Source: Alphaproteobacteria bacterium | GTDB lineage: Bacteria > Pseudomonadota > Alphaproteobacteria > UBA828 | Reading direction: 5' to 3' | Assembly: GCA_965214705.1 (NCBI GenBank) | Contig: CBDCCI010000002.1 | Coordinates: 2,848,001 to 2,912,000 of the forward strand | Length of the DNA stretch: 64,000 bases | In this document: positions 1 to 11,912 of the stretch, in pieces | Layout of the letters: each line of letters starts with the position of its first letter | Position numbering within the stretch: position 1 is the stretch's first letter | Made by a program: the position numbers and the translations under genes | The notes under the pieces: generated by a model | The model's database searches: none | What the model saw: only the letters and a program-made list of their open reading frames with translations | Told to the model about the DNA's origin: nothing

Positions 1-646
1 GCGCGAGCTTGAGCAGGATGGGCGGCGCGCGGCCGAGGCGGGCATGGGCATCCGCCAGCGCGGAGAGCAGGCGGTGGAGCGCATCGCCCGCCTGCCACGC
101 CCGCAGCCCCGGCGTGTTGGGCGAGGAGACGTTGACCGCCACGTAATCGGCGAGCGCGGCCACGCGTATGAGGCCGGCGGCGTAGTCGCGCGCGGGATCG
201 GCGCTCTCCTTGTTCACGCCGATGTTGATCCCGAGCGGGCACGGGGGCGCACCATGTGCCCGGCGCCACCGTTCCAGCCGTGCGGCGACGACCTCCAGAC
301 CGTCGCTGTTGAAGCCCATTCGGTTGATCAGCGCGCGCTCCCGCCGCAGGCGGAAGAGCCTGGGCCGGGGATTGCCCGGCTGCGGCCGAGGCGTCACCGT
401 GCCCGCCTCGCCGAAGCCGAGGCCGAGCCGAGCCGCCGCGTCTGGGCATCTCGCATCCTTGTCGAAGCCGGCGGCGAGCCCCACGGGTGTCGGGAAGCGC
501 AGGCCCCAGAGCGTCACCGCAAGCACCGGGTCATGAGGCAGTGGCGCCGGTAGCCGCCCCAGCCCGAGCAGAGCGAGCGCCGCGTTGTGCGCCGTCTCCG
601 GCGGCAGGCAGCGGAGGCCGGCGGTGGCGATGTCGGCGTAGGACAT
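1..646 (-). CDS. pyrD: Quinone-dependent dihydroorotate dehydrogenase (3' end runs off window)
   Basis: Manual translation from ATG at 646: MSYADIATAGLRCLPPETAH...GLAAGFDKDA...GTVTPRPQPGNPRPRLFRL...INRMGFNS...NVSSPNTPGLR; follows pyrB-pyrC. Confidence 0.93.
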   Translation of the reverse strand, partial: MSYADIATAGLRCLPPETAHNAALALLGLGRLPAPLPHDPVLAVTLWGLRFPTPVGLAAGFDKDARCPDAAARLGLGFGEAGTVTPRPQPGNPRPRLFRLRRERALINRMGFNSDGLEVVAARLERWRRAHGAPPCPLGINIGVNKESADPARDYAAGLIRVAALADYVAVNVSSPNTPGLRAWQAGDALHRLLSALADAHARLGRAPPILLKLA

Positions 647-663
647 GCCGGGCCGGGCCGATG

Positions 664-1965
<1,302 letters not shown>

Positions 1966-1980
1966 GTGCCGTGCTCCCGT

Positions 1981-2943
1981 TCAGAAAACCGGCGCCGGGC
2001 CGAGATTGCGGCTCAGCGCGTCGAGGCAGCCCTGGCGCACGGCGACGCCGAGCTCGACCTGGTCGAGGATGGCGCTCCGTGTGATGTCGTCCGCGACTTC
2101 GCTGTCGATCTCGACGCCCCGGTTCATGGGTCCCGGATGGAGGATCAGCGCGTTCTCCCGCGCTTGCGCGAGCTTGGCCCGGTCGAGGCCGTAGAAGCGG
2201 AAGTACTCGCGGACGGACGGCACGAAGGTGCCCTGCATGCGCTCCTGTTGCAGTCGCAGCATCATGATGACATCGCAGCCCGCGAGCCCTGCCCGCATGT
2301 CGTGGAAAGTCTCGACTCCCATGCGCTCGATCGCGGACGGCACCAGCGTCGGCGGCGCGATGATGCGCACGCCGGCGCCCATGGTGTTGAGCAGCAGGAT
2401 GTTGGAGCGGGCGACCCGGCTGTGCAGCACGTCGCCGCAGATGGCGACCCGGAGCCCCTCGACCCGGCCGAAGCGGTGGCGGATGGTGAGCGCATCCAGC
2501 AGCGCCTGGGTGGGGTGCTCGTGGCTGCCGTCGCCGGCGTTGATCACCGCGCATTCGACGTGGTTGGCGAGCAGGCGGGCGGCACCGGCATCCGGGTGCC
2601 GGACGATCAGCATGTCCGGGTGCATGGCGTTGAGCGTCATCGCCGTGTCGATGAGCGTCTCGCCCTTCTTGATCGCCGAGCTCGCCACCGCGATGTTGAT
2701 GACGTCGGCGCCGAGCCGCTTGCCCGCAAGCTCGAACGAGGTGCGGGTGCGGGTCGAGGTCTCGAAGAAGAGCAGGACGACAGTGCGCCCGCCGAGCAGG
2801 CTCTTGCGCTTCTGCACCTCGCGGTTGAGCGCGACGTAGCCTTCGGAGAGATCGAGCAGGTGGGTGATGGCGCCTGCGGAAAGCCCCTCGATCCCCAGCA
2901 GATGCCGGTCGCTGAAGATCGAAGGCAAGAGCGCGGGCTGCAT
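1981..2943 (-). CDS. pyrB: Aspartate carbamoyltransferase catalytic subunit
   Basis: [37 protein letters not shown] motifs. Confidence 0.96.
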   Translation of the reverse strand: MQPALLPSIFSDRHLLGIEGLSAGAITHLLDLSEGYVALNREVQKRKSLLGGRTVVLLFFETSTRTRTSFELAGKRLGADVINIAVASSAIKKGETLIDTAMTLNAMHPDMLIVRHPDAGAARLLANHVECAVINAGDGSHEHPTQALLDALTIRHRFGRVEGLRVAICGDVLHSRVARSNILLLNTMGAGVRIIAPPTLVPSAIERMGVETFHDMRAGLAGCDVIMMLRLQQERMQGTFVPSVREYFRFYGLDRAKLAQARENALILHPGPMNRGVEIDSEVADDITRSAILDQVELGVAVRQGCLDALSRNLGPAPVF

Positions 2944-3090
2944 CACTACACCTTGTAGGCGCACGCAGGCCGATATGCAAGGGTTAGCGGTCTCGGGGTG
3001 CGTCGGCAGGCCGCCGGTGCGCTATGGCGGCCGCCCGCCTCGCGCGTCAGGGGCGAACGAGCGGAGTGAAAACTGTCGTGAAAAAGGTTT

Positions 3091-3185
3091 TAAGGCGGCC
3101 TATTCCGGCCTATTCCGGTCCAAGGTGGCTCAAGGTGGTCCAAGGTGGCCCAACAGGCGGACCGGAAGGCGGCTCAAGGTGGCCC
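3091..3185. repeat. 10-bp periodic tandem repeats (TATTCCGGYC x2, CAAGGTGGYY x3 plus one more copy)
   Basis: Read directly at 3101-3150 and 3175-3184. Confidence 0.85.
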
Positions 3186-3274
3186 AGGCGGCGCCCGCCC
3201 TCAAAACGGCAAGAGGGCCGTAGAGACCTGCGCACCCAGCTCGCCGTTGCCGGCTGATTCATGCGCTCGCACAC

Positions 3275-3329
3275 CATGGCGCGATCCTCACACCGACGCC
3301 GCACCCCGAGCACCGCACCATGGTCCGGG
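3275..3329 (-). promoter_or_regulatory. Conserved box CCCGGACCATGGTGCGGTGC, N20, GAGGAT, N6, ATG (copy C)
   Basis: 20-mer at 3310-3329 is identical to copies at 41455-41474 and 49516-49535, with the same spacing to a -10-like hexamer and ATG. Confidence 0.7.
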
Positions 3330-3369
3330 GTTTCTTCCCGGCAACGAACGAGGAATTGATCATGAGGGG

Positions 3370-3501
3370 CCGGACCGCGAAAGCGGCCCGGCCCGCGCGA
3401 CTGCGCGCCGCGCCGAATGGCGCGTAAGCCAAGCGAACGGAGTTCGCGCCCGGCGATTGAGGGAAATGAACAAGTCAGCCCGGACGGCGCGACAGCGCCG
3501 C
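3370..3501 (+). repeat. Dispersed GC-rich repeat family 2 (ending GCGCCCGGCGAYTGAGGGAAATGAA)
   Basis: Aligns by eye to reverse complement of 7993-8158; sub-motif GCCCGGACGGCGCGACWGCGC also at 17135 and 55107. Confidence 0.7.
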
Positions 3502-3530
3502 TTCTTTTCTCGTCATGCCCGGACTTGTTC

Positions 3531-4789
3531 CACTGCTGTCCGGTTTAGCTTGGGTAGACAAGGTGCATGGCTTGGATTCAACTTGGTTTTTGCAAGACCT
3601 GTTGAATCGAAGCTCGCAATGGAGCCCAAGCCATGCCCTACCAGGATACGGTTTTCGGCGAACTGATGAAGGCGTTTCCGCGCTGGCGCTTCGACAAGCT
3701 GGCAGAGCGCCACGGAGCGGACTACCGGGTCCGGCGCCTTTCGTCGTGGAGCCAGTTCCAGGCGATGGTGTTCGCCCAGCTGTCGGGCTCGCGCTCCTTG
3801 CGCGAGGCGGTCGGTGCGCTGGAACGCTTTCCGGGCGTCCACGCCCATCTGGGTCTGGCGCCGGTGCGGCGGTCTACGCTCGCGGATGCCAACCGGGTAC
3901 GTCCGGCGGCCCTGTTCGAGGACGTGCTGGAAGCCCTGGTCGCCCGGCTGGGCGCATCTGCGGGCCAGCGCGGGCGGGAGATGCTGCGCCTCGTCGATGC
4001 GACCCGGGTCCTGGTTGGCAAGCGGATCGAGAGCTGGGAGGCCGACGGTGCCGTCAAGCTGCACGTGGTCTACGACCCGGACGCAGATGCGCCTGTCTGC
4101 TTTGCCGTGACCTCGGCCAGGGTCAACGACATCACGCCGGCCAAGCGCCTCCCCATCGAGCCCGGCGCGACTTACGTCTTCGACAGAGGCTATTACGACT
4201 TCACCTTCTGGGCAGACATCGACGCCAAGGGGAGCCGCTTCGTCACCCGCCTGAAGAAGAACTCGCCCACAAGCCTGATCGAGACCCGCCCGGTCAAGCC
4301 GGACGGCCCGGTCGTGGCCGACCGCGTCGCCTTGCTGTCGAAGCGCCTGGCGGCGAGCCGCAAGAACCCCTTCGACAAGCCGGTGCGTCTGGTCGACGTG
4401 CGCATCGACAGCGGCAGGGAGATCACGCTGGTCAGCAACGACCTCAATGCCCCGGCCGAAGAGATCGCGGCGCTCTACAAGCAGCGCTGGCAGGTCGAGC
4501 TGTTCTTCAAGTGGATCAAGCAGAACCTCAAGATCAGACACTTCCTCGGCACCAGCGAAAATGCCGTGCGCATCCAGATCGTCACCGCGCTGATCGCCTA
4601 CCTGCTGCTGCGGCTGGCGCAGATCGGAACCGGAACCGGGCTCGGCCTCCAGGCCATCGCCCGCCTCGTCGCCAAGACGACCTTCCAACGCCGGGCCCTC
4701 ACCGACCTCTTCGAACCACCGCCTGACACACCGCAAGCCCATGACCAGCTCCAAATCCCCTTCGCCAAAATCTAAACCGGACAGCAATG
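3531..4789 (+). mobile_element. IS4-family insertion sequence inserted in a REP hairpin
   Basis: 18-bp IRs CACTGCTGTCCGGTTTAG / CTAAACCGGACAGCAATG (17/18); 9-bp TSD GACTTGTTC at 3522-3530 and 4790-4798. Confidence 0.92.
3633..4775 (+). CDS. IS4-family DDE transposase
   Basis: VDAT, FDRGYYD, YKQRWQVELFFKWIKQNL (YREK) motifs. Confidence 0.95.
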   Translation: MPYQDTVFGELMKAFPRWRFDKLAERHGADYRVRRLSSWSQFQAMVFAQLSGSRSLREAVGALERFPGVHAHLGLAPVRRSTLADANRVRPAALFEDVLEALVARLGASAGQRGREMLRLVDATRVLVGKRIESWEADGAVKLHVVYDPDADAPVCFAVTSARVNDITPAKRLPIEPGATYVFDRGYYDFTFWADIDAKGSRFVTRLKKNSPTSLIETRPVKPDGPVVADRVALLSKRLAASRKNPFDKPVRLVDVRIDSGREITLVSNDLNAPAEEIAALYKQRWQVELFFKWIKQNLKIRHFLGTSENAVRIQIVTALIAYLLLRLAQIGTGTGLGLQAIARLVAKTTFQRRALTDLFEPPPDTPQAHDQLQIPFAKI

Positions 4790-4840
4790 GACTTGTTCCG
4801 GGCATCTCTCTCCACAACACACTGTAAAAAAACCGAAAAA

Positions 4841-4872
4841 CGTGGATGGCCGGGACAAGCCCGGCCATGACG
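4841..4872 (-). repeat. CGTC-tagged REP-like palindrome; inverted partner of the IS-split copy at 3511-3530/4799-4806
   Basis: CGTGGATGGCCGGGACAAGCCCGGCCATGACG. Confidence 0.8.
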
Positions 4873-4943
4873 GGTGTGGGGGCGCTGCGCGCTTGAGTGG
4901 CAACGTCTCGAACGAGACTCGCGCCCGCACCGCGCCCTGTTTT

Positions 4944-4983
4944 CGTCATTCCCGGACTCGTTCCGGGTATCCGGGCATCCATG
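4944..4983 (+). repeat. CGTC-tagged REP-like palindrome downstream of GIY-YIG gene
   Basis: CGTCATTCCCGGACTCGTTCCGGGTATCCGGGCATCCATG. Confidence 0.75.
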
Positions 4984-4994
4984 TTCCCGCAGGC

Positions 4995-5288
4995 TTACGG
5001 CAGGGTTTCGTAGAGGTCGTCCCAACCGGGGTTCTGGGCGACGATGAGATTGACCTTCCAGGCGCGCGGCCAGTGCTTCATGGTCCGTTCCCGCTGGATG
5101 GCCGAGGCAATGTCCTCGTGGCGCTCCGCGTAGACGAGCCGCGTCAGTCCGTAACGCTTGGTGAACCCCTCGACCAGGCCCTCACGGTGTTCCCACGCCC
5201 TGCGCACAATGTCGCTGGTGACGCCGAGATAGAGCGTGCCGTTGGGTCGGTTGGTCATGATGTAGACCCAGCCTCCGCGCTCTCTCAT
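4995..5288 (-). CDS. Small GIY-YIG nuclease family protein
   Basis: GWVYIMTNRPNGTLYLGVTSDIVRRAWEH...FTKRYG...AIQRE...KHWPRAWK. Confidence 0.9.
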   Translation of the reverse strand: MRERGGWVYIMTNRPNGTLYLGVTSDIVRRAWEHREGLVEGFTKRYGLTRLVYAERHEDIASAIQRERTMKHWPRAWKVNLIVAQNPGWDDLYETLP

Positions 5289-5306
5289 GTCCCCATGCTG
5301 CAATCT

Positions 5307-5355
5307 GTGGATGCCCGGAACACCCCCGGACTTGATCCAGGGGCCAGGCATGACG
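5307..5355 (-). repeat. CGTC-tagged REP-like palindrome with nested hairpin, upstream of GIY-YIG gene
   Basis: GTGGATGCCCGGAACA-CCCCCGGACTTGATCCAGGGG-CCAGGCATGACG. Confidence 0.75.
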
Positions 5356-5381
5356 ACTTGGGGGAATGGCCCGGTCTCGGC

Positions 5382-5655
5382 TCAGGACTCCACGCCACGC
5401 CCGGCCGTCGGCTCGTGATCGAACTGCGCGGCATCGGCCGGCGGTTCGGCAAATCCGATCGTCCCAATCTCCACTTCGAAATGGTCCTCCACGGCAATCG
5501 CTTGACCACCCAGACGCTTGCGACGCTCGTACTCATCGACCCGGAGGATCACAAGCTTGCCCCTGCGCTGTTGCAGACTTGCCAGCGGGATTTCACTGCT
5601 CCCTCCTGATCCTATCCTCGATCTCGCCGAATGCCCGTGGACAAATTCGCTGCAT
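5382..5655 (-). pseudogene. Degenerate Phd/YefM-like antitoxin
   Basis: MQRICPRAFGEIEDRIRREQ* continues in another frame as KLVILRVDEYERRKRLGGQAIAVED...AEPPADAAQFDHE. Confidence 0.45.
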
Positions 5656-5778
5656 TGCTCTTGTTTCGGGCTGTATGGTCCCCATCATGCATATTGTCAA
5701 ACGCGCAGCCCGCCATAGTTTGTGAACAGCTCCAAGGCGTGCCCCCTCCTCTATCCATACTAAGTAAAGGTTGCTCTT

Positions 5779-6656
5779 ATGACAGAACGACTGTTGAACA
5801 TATTCATATACGGAAATAACACTCACGTGCACTCAATGGGATATTGCGCATATGAGAAAACAGGGAGTTACGATGAACTGACAGAATATCTTCGATCTAG
5901 AGTCACTGTCGACCACAAACACGTGGCACGAATCAAGTTTAAGGAACCGATAGAGCGTCAAGAATTTTACGCGATGGAACGCTTGGGCGCAGTTACCAAT
6001 ACATTAGGGAGCCAGGGAGTAATATCAGAAGATACTATCTATTGCATTACCCAGATTGTAGATGGAAAAGTTAACGTGGACGAAATTGTCGACACCCTCT
6101 CTTCAGCCGGAGTACCAGACTATTTGTTGATGTATACGACCGAAAACAAGTTTGATTTCCCCGTCTGCTTGAAGATGACTACTTTTCAGCCATTAAGCTA
6201 CTATGGAATGCAGAAAAGTACATTGCGAGCTTGAAACTACTATTCTCCGCCATAGATACGATAGGGTTTATTGAATATGGCCCAAGGAATAATTGTTTTG
6301 TGTTGTGGCTCGAGCAATATTGTGACTTAAGTTCTCTTGACGTCTCTTCTCAAGAGATATGGGAATTACGAAACTCACTACTGCACATGACTAATCTAGA
6401 GTCTCACAAGGTTAGGAAAGGTAGTTCATATAGGCTAGTTCCGTCAATTGTTTCTCCTGACATTGATGTCCCTCCACGGCGTGAAAACGAAAAGTATCTC
6501 CACGTTGCTCGGTTCCTAATGAGAGTGCTTCCCACCGGAGTGCAGAAATGGTTAGAGACATATGACAACGAACGGGAGAAAATCTATACATTTGTTGAAA
6601 GGTACGACACCATTGTCTCGGATGTTAGACTGGTGCGCGGTGCGTTACATCAATGA
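5779..6656 (+). pseudogene. AT-rich hypothetical gene with HEPN-like RxxxxH motif, split by a -1 frameshift near 6156-6162
   Basis: ORFs 5779-6234 and 6231-6656 join as KFDFP/RLLEDDYFSAIKLLWNAEKYIASLKLLF; motif ELRNSLLH. Confidence 0.6.
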
Positions 6657-6820
6657 GTATGCGGAGGCGAATCTATCTGATCGTACAGAGGTGGTGTTTG
6701 TACAGATTGGGTAACTGCCAGACACTGTCCCCCTTCCCACCGCTCCCCCATGCTATGGTCACCGCCAGCCACCGTGGGAGCGTAGAGAACGTTAGGAAAG
6801 CGAAAGGGGTTAGCGACGAA

Positions 6821-7992
<1,172 letters not shown>

Positions 7993-7993
<1 letters not shown>

Positions 7994-8158
7994 GCTTTTT
8001 CATTTCCCTCAGTCGGCGAGCGCCGGTCTAAGCATTTCCCTCAGTCGCCGGGCGCTCGCTCCGCTCGATCGTGCGCTCCGCGCGCGTGGACGCGCGACGC
8101 TACGAGCCTTACAGCGCGGCGCGCGGTCGCGCGCTCCGGCCCGCTTCGCGGCCCGGTC
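7993..8158 (-). repeat. Dispersed repeat family 2 copy between convergent genes
   Basis: Internal duplication CATTTCCCTCAGTCG x2; homologous to 3370-3474; segment shared with 58065-58097. Confidence 0.7.
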
Positions 8159-9821
8159 CGCTATTGTCCAGCACCTCGGGCGCGTCGGAGCGTTCGACGA
8201 AGGCGAAGCCCGCGTATCCCTTCGCCACGACCTCGTCGCACTTGCGCACGTAGTCCGGGAAGCCGATGTAGGGCATGAAGACGGGCGCCTTGCCCGGAAT
8301 GTTCGAGCCGATGTACCAGGACTTGGTTTTGGTATAGAGCGTGGCGTCGGCCACCTCGTTGACGTGAGCGACCCACGCGTCCTCAGCCTCCACCGTCGCC
8401 TCGACGCAGGCGTAACCGTGCTCGCGCATGTAGCCGATGCAGTCGGCGATCCATTCGACGTTCTGCTCGATGGACTGGACCATGTTGCTCAGCACCGACG
8501 GGCTGCCCGGCCCGGCGATGATGTGGAGGTTGGGGAAGCCCGCCGTCGCGACGCCGAGCAGGCTTCTCGGACCCTCCTTCCACTTCTCGGCCAGCGAGCG
8601 GCCGCCGATGCCGCGAATGTCGATGCGGGTCAGCGGGCCGGTCATGGCGTCGAACCCGGTGGCGAAGATCAGCGCGTCGAACTCGTAAGCGCGGTCGCCC
8701 ACCCTGAGGCCGGCGCGGGTGATCTCCCCGATGGGCGTCTCGCTGACGTCGACGAGGGTGACGTTGTCCCGGTTGTAGGTCGCGTAGTAGTCGGTGTCGA
8801 CGCAGGTCCGCTTGCAGCCGATGTGGTAGTGGGGCGAGAGCAGCTCCGCTACCGCCGGGTCGCGCACCGTCTCGCGAATCTTGGCGCGGACGAACTCGGC
8901 CGCCGTGTCGTTGGCCTCCGCGGTCGCGAAGAGATCGGAGAACGCGCCCAGGAAGCCGATGCCGCAGGTCCGCCAGCGCTCTTCGTAGACGGCGTCGCGC
9001 TCCTCAGGCCCGACCTCGAACACGCCGCTCTCGCCGACCGTGAAATCGATGCCCGAGCGGTTCTGCCGCGCCCGCGCCCGCAGGCCCGCGTAGTCCGCCT
9101 TGACCGCCTTCTGCGCCTCGGGGTCAAGCGGCGCGTTGAAGGCGGGAACGCTGTAGTTCGGCGTGCGCTGGAAGACGTAGAGACGCTCCGCCTGCTCGGC
9201 GATGAGCGGAATGCACTGGATGGCCGAGGAGCCGGTGCCGATGATGCCCACCCGCCGGCCCGAAAAGTCGACCTCTTCCTCGGGCCAGTCTCCGGTGTGG
9301 TAGGTCGCGCCGGCGAATGAGTCGATGCCCTCGAAGTCCGGGATGTTGCGCGCGGACAGACAACCGCTCGCCATGATGCAGTGGGTCGCCGTCACGCGCG
9401 CGCCGTCGTCGGTCCCGACCGCCCAATGCCCGGCCGCCTTGTCGAAGGTCGCGGCGGTGACGCGGGTGTCGAAGCGGATGTCGCGGCGGAGGTCGAACCG
9501 GTCCGCGACGTGGTTGAGGTAGCGCAGAATTTCCGGCTGGGTGGCGTAGCGCTCGGTCCACTCCCACTCCTGCTGCAGCGCGTCGTCGAACTGGTAGGAA
9601 TACTCCATGCTCTCGACGTCGCAGCGCGCACCGGGATAGCGGTTCCAGAACCAGGTGCCGCCGACGCCGCTCCCGATCTCGAAGACCCGCGCGCTCAGCC
9701 CCATGCTGCGCAGCCGGTGGAGCGAGTAGAGTCCGGCGAAACCGGCGCCGACGATCACGGCATCGAAATCGCAGGCCGGCGCATCGATCCCGCCCGGCCG
9801 TTCCGCTTGCGGGTCAGGCAC
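8109..9821 (-). CDS. Baeyer-Villiger monooxygenase (cyclohexanone monooxygenase-like)
   Basis: GAGFAG, GGTWFWNRYPGARCD, FAGATYHTGDW fingerprint, GTGSSA. Confidence 0.93.
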   Translation of the reverse strand: MPDPQAERPGGIDAPACDFDAVIVGAGFAGLYSLHRLRSMGLSARVFEIGSGVGGTWFWNRYPGARCDVESMEYSYQFDDALQQEWEWTERYATQPEILRYLNHVADRFDLRRDIRFDTRVTAATFDKAAGHWAVGTDDGARVTATHCIMASGCLSARNIPDFEGIDSFAGATYHTGDWPEEEVDFSGRRVGIIGTGSSAIQCIPLIAEQAERLYVFQRTPNYSVPAFNAPLDPEAQKAVKADYAGLRARARQNRSGIDFTVGESGVFEVGPEERDAVYEERWRTCGIGFLGAFSDLFATAEANDTAAEFVRAKIRETVRDPAVAELLSPHYHIGCKRTCVDTDYYATYNRDNVTLVDVSETPIGEITRAGLRVGDRAYEFDALIFATGFDAMTGPLTRIDIRGIGGRSLAEKWKEGPRSLLGVATAGFPNLHIIAGPGSPSVLSNMVQSIEQNVEWIADCIGYMREHGYACVEATVEAEDAWVAHVNEVADATLYTKTKSWYIGSNIPGKAPVFMPYIGFPDYVRKCDEVVAKGYAGFAFVERSDAPEVLDNSGPGREAGRSARPRAAL

Positions 9822-9901
9822 GGAGGCCCCCGTCCGCTATGGCGCCGGGCGAAGGGTCCGACGCCGCATTCGCCGATGTCAAGCGGTCGCGCACCGGGCC
9901 A

Positions 9902-10999
9902 CTAGCCGCCGTTTCGTCGCCATTGCTTCCAATACCGGGCCAGCACCTCGTCCAGCTCCAGGCCGCCCATCAGCCCGTCCGAGCGCAGGCACATCACCAG
10001 CACGATGATGACGCCCAGCATGAGGCTGCCGAGCCCGAACAGGTCGGGCAGCTGCGCGCCCAGGATGACCGGCCCGCTCTCCAGGTGGCGAATCAGCTCC
10101 ATGGCGACCGAAATCAGCACCACGCCCACCACCGCGCCGGTCACCGAGCGCATGCCGCCGAGGATGTGCATGGCGAGCGTGAGGAACGCGGCGTGAAAGT
10201 AGAAGGCGCGCGCGTTCACCGTGCCCAGGTAGTAGGCGTAAAGCGCGCCGGCGATGCCGCACACCACGCCTCCCAGCACCCAGGCGATCAGCCGGAGCGC
10301 CCGGATATTCACGCCCATCGATTCGGCCGCGAGCATGTTGGTGGCGCTGGCGCGGAGCTGCACGCCGATCCGCGAGTCCTTGAACAGTCGCGCGACCAGG
10401 ATGACAAGGGCGGTCGCGACCATCATGGTCTCGATCCCCGCCACCTTCGGTATGCCGTAAAACGCCTGGGTCCCCCGGAACAGGTCGACCCAGTGCACGA
10501 AGACGCCGTGGATGATGACCAGGATGGCGAGCGTCAGGATCGTCGCCGCGATCCCCGAGAGCCGGACCAGAAAGAGCCCGGTCAGAGCCGCGATGATCCC
10601 GGTGATCGACACCGCGGCGACGAACGAAGAGACGATGCCGAGTTGAACCTCTCCGAGACCGAACGGCGCATTGGGAATCAGCGTCTTCTTGATCACCAGC
10701 GGCACCGCGAAGATCGACGTGAGATAGGCGCCGAGTCCCATGAAGCCCGGGTGGGCCAGGTTGGCCACGTTGGCGTTGCCCATGAAGATCTGCAGGCCGA
10801 GCACCAGGATCAGGTTGATGTAGGCGGCCACGGCGAGGCGCACCTGGTAGGGCTCGCCGAACAACATGATGAGAAGGCCGATGCCGACTGCGAAGGCGGC
10901 GATGATCGTGGCACCCCGCACCGATCTGAGCGTCCGCGCACCTTCCACGTGCCAGAGGCGCCGGCGCGGGCGGCTGCTATCCATGGTCGGCGCGCTCAA
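9902..10999 (-). CDS. Branched-chain amino acid-type ABC permease (LivM-like)
   Basis: Hydrophobic; AAESMGVN, LGGMRSVTGAVVG. Confidence 0.88.
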   Translation of the reverse strand: MSAPTMDSSRPRRRLWHVEGARTLRSVRGATIIAAFAVGIGLLIMLFGEPYQVRLAVAAYINLILVLGLQIFMGNANVANLAHPGFMGLGAYLTSIFAVPLVIKKTLIPNAPFGLGEVQLGIVSSFVAAVSITGIIAALTGLFLVRLSGIAATILTLAILVIIHGVFVHWVDLFRGTQAFYGIPKVAGIETMMVATALVILVARLFKDSRIGVQLRASATNMLAAESMGVNIRALRLIAWVLGGVVCGIAGALYAYYLGTVNARAFYFHAAFLTLAMHILGGMRSVTGAVVGVVLISVAMELIRHLESGPVILGAQLPDLFGLGSLMLGVIIVLVMCLRSDGLMGGLELDEVLARYWKQWRRNGG

Positions 11000-11895
11000 G
11001 CGGTCTTGTCTCCCAGCTCGGCCTTCTTGCCGAGGATGCCCTGCGGCCGCCCGACCAGGATGGCGCCGATGATGAAGAACACCGCGGCGTCGCGAAGCCC
11101 CGCGAGGAAGTCGGGCAGCAGGATGATCAGGACCACCTCGAGAATGCCCAGCACGAGCCCGCCGACAACCGCGCCCGGCAGGCTGCCGAAGCCGCCCAGC
11201 ACGCAGGCGACGAAGGCCTTGAGCACCGGCAGCAGGCCCATGAAGGGGTCGATCGCGCCGCGCCGCGCGATGAAGAAGATGGCGGCGAGGCCCGCGAGGA
11301 AGCCCGAGATCGCAAACGCCGTCGCGATCACGCGGTTGGCCCGCACGCCCATCAGCCGCACCGTGGTGAAGTCGTGGGCCGCGGCGCGCATGGCGAGGCC
11401 CAGCTTGGTCCGCCGCATGAAGATGACCAGCAACACGATCGCGATGGCGGTCACACCCGCCTCGAGAAACTGAAGGATGGTGAAGGTGAAGCTGCCGATA
11501 TCCACCGTCGTGTTGAGCACCGCGATGGCGGGCACGGCCTTGGGACGAGGCGAGACCCCCATCAGGAATACGTTCTGAAGGATGATCGCGACCCCGAAGG
11601 CGGTAAGCAGCCCCGTTGTCGCCGGCGCTCGTCGAACCGGTCTGAAGGCGACGCGCTCCAGGAGCACGGCGGTGATCACGACCGTGAGCAGGCAGACCGG
11701 CAGGATCATCCAGATGTCGCCGGCGCCGAACAGCGCCATGGCGTACATGATGTAGCCGCCGACGCCGAGGAACTCGCCGTGGGCGAAGTTCACCAGCCCC
11801 ATGACCGAGAACACGATGGCAAGCCCCAACGCGAGCAGCGAGTACTCGGCGCCGATGCTGAGCGCGTTGAGAGCCTGTTCGGCCACGTATTGCAT
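10996..11895 (-). CDS. Branched-chain amino acid-type ABC permease (LivH-like)
   Basis: GLVNFAHGE, LGLAMRA, LGGFGSLPGAVVGG. Confidence 0.9.
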   Translation of the reverse strand: MQYVAEQALNALSIGAEYSLLALGLAIVFSVMGLVNFAHGEFLGVGGYIMYAMALFGAGDIWMILPVCLLTVVITAVLLERVAFRPVRRAPATTGLLTAFGVAIILQNVFLMGVSPRPKAVPAIAVLNTTVDIGSFTFTILQFLEAGVTAIAIVLLVIFMRRTKLGLAMRAAAHDFTTVRLMGVRANRVIATAFAISGFLAGLAAIFFIARRGAIDPFMGLLPVLKAFVACVLGGFGSLPGAVVGGLVLGILEVVLIILLPDFLAGLRDAAVFFIIGAILVGRPQGILGKKAELGDKTA

Positions 11896-11912
11896 GATCT
11901 GTCCCGCCCCCC

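Noticed and set aside
3091-3185. Possible CRISPR array in the short periodic repeats (also 43887-43953)
   Set aside because: Period is about 10 bp with no unique spacers, and there are no cas genes.
6653-6820. Extended N-termini in the ORF track (ivd, dps, IS transposases, GNAT, hydantoinase A)
   Set aside because: Family homology and RBS position support downstream starts.
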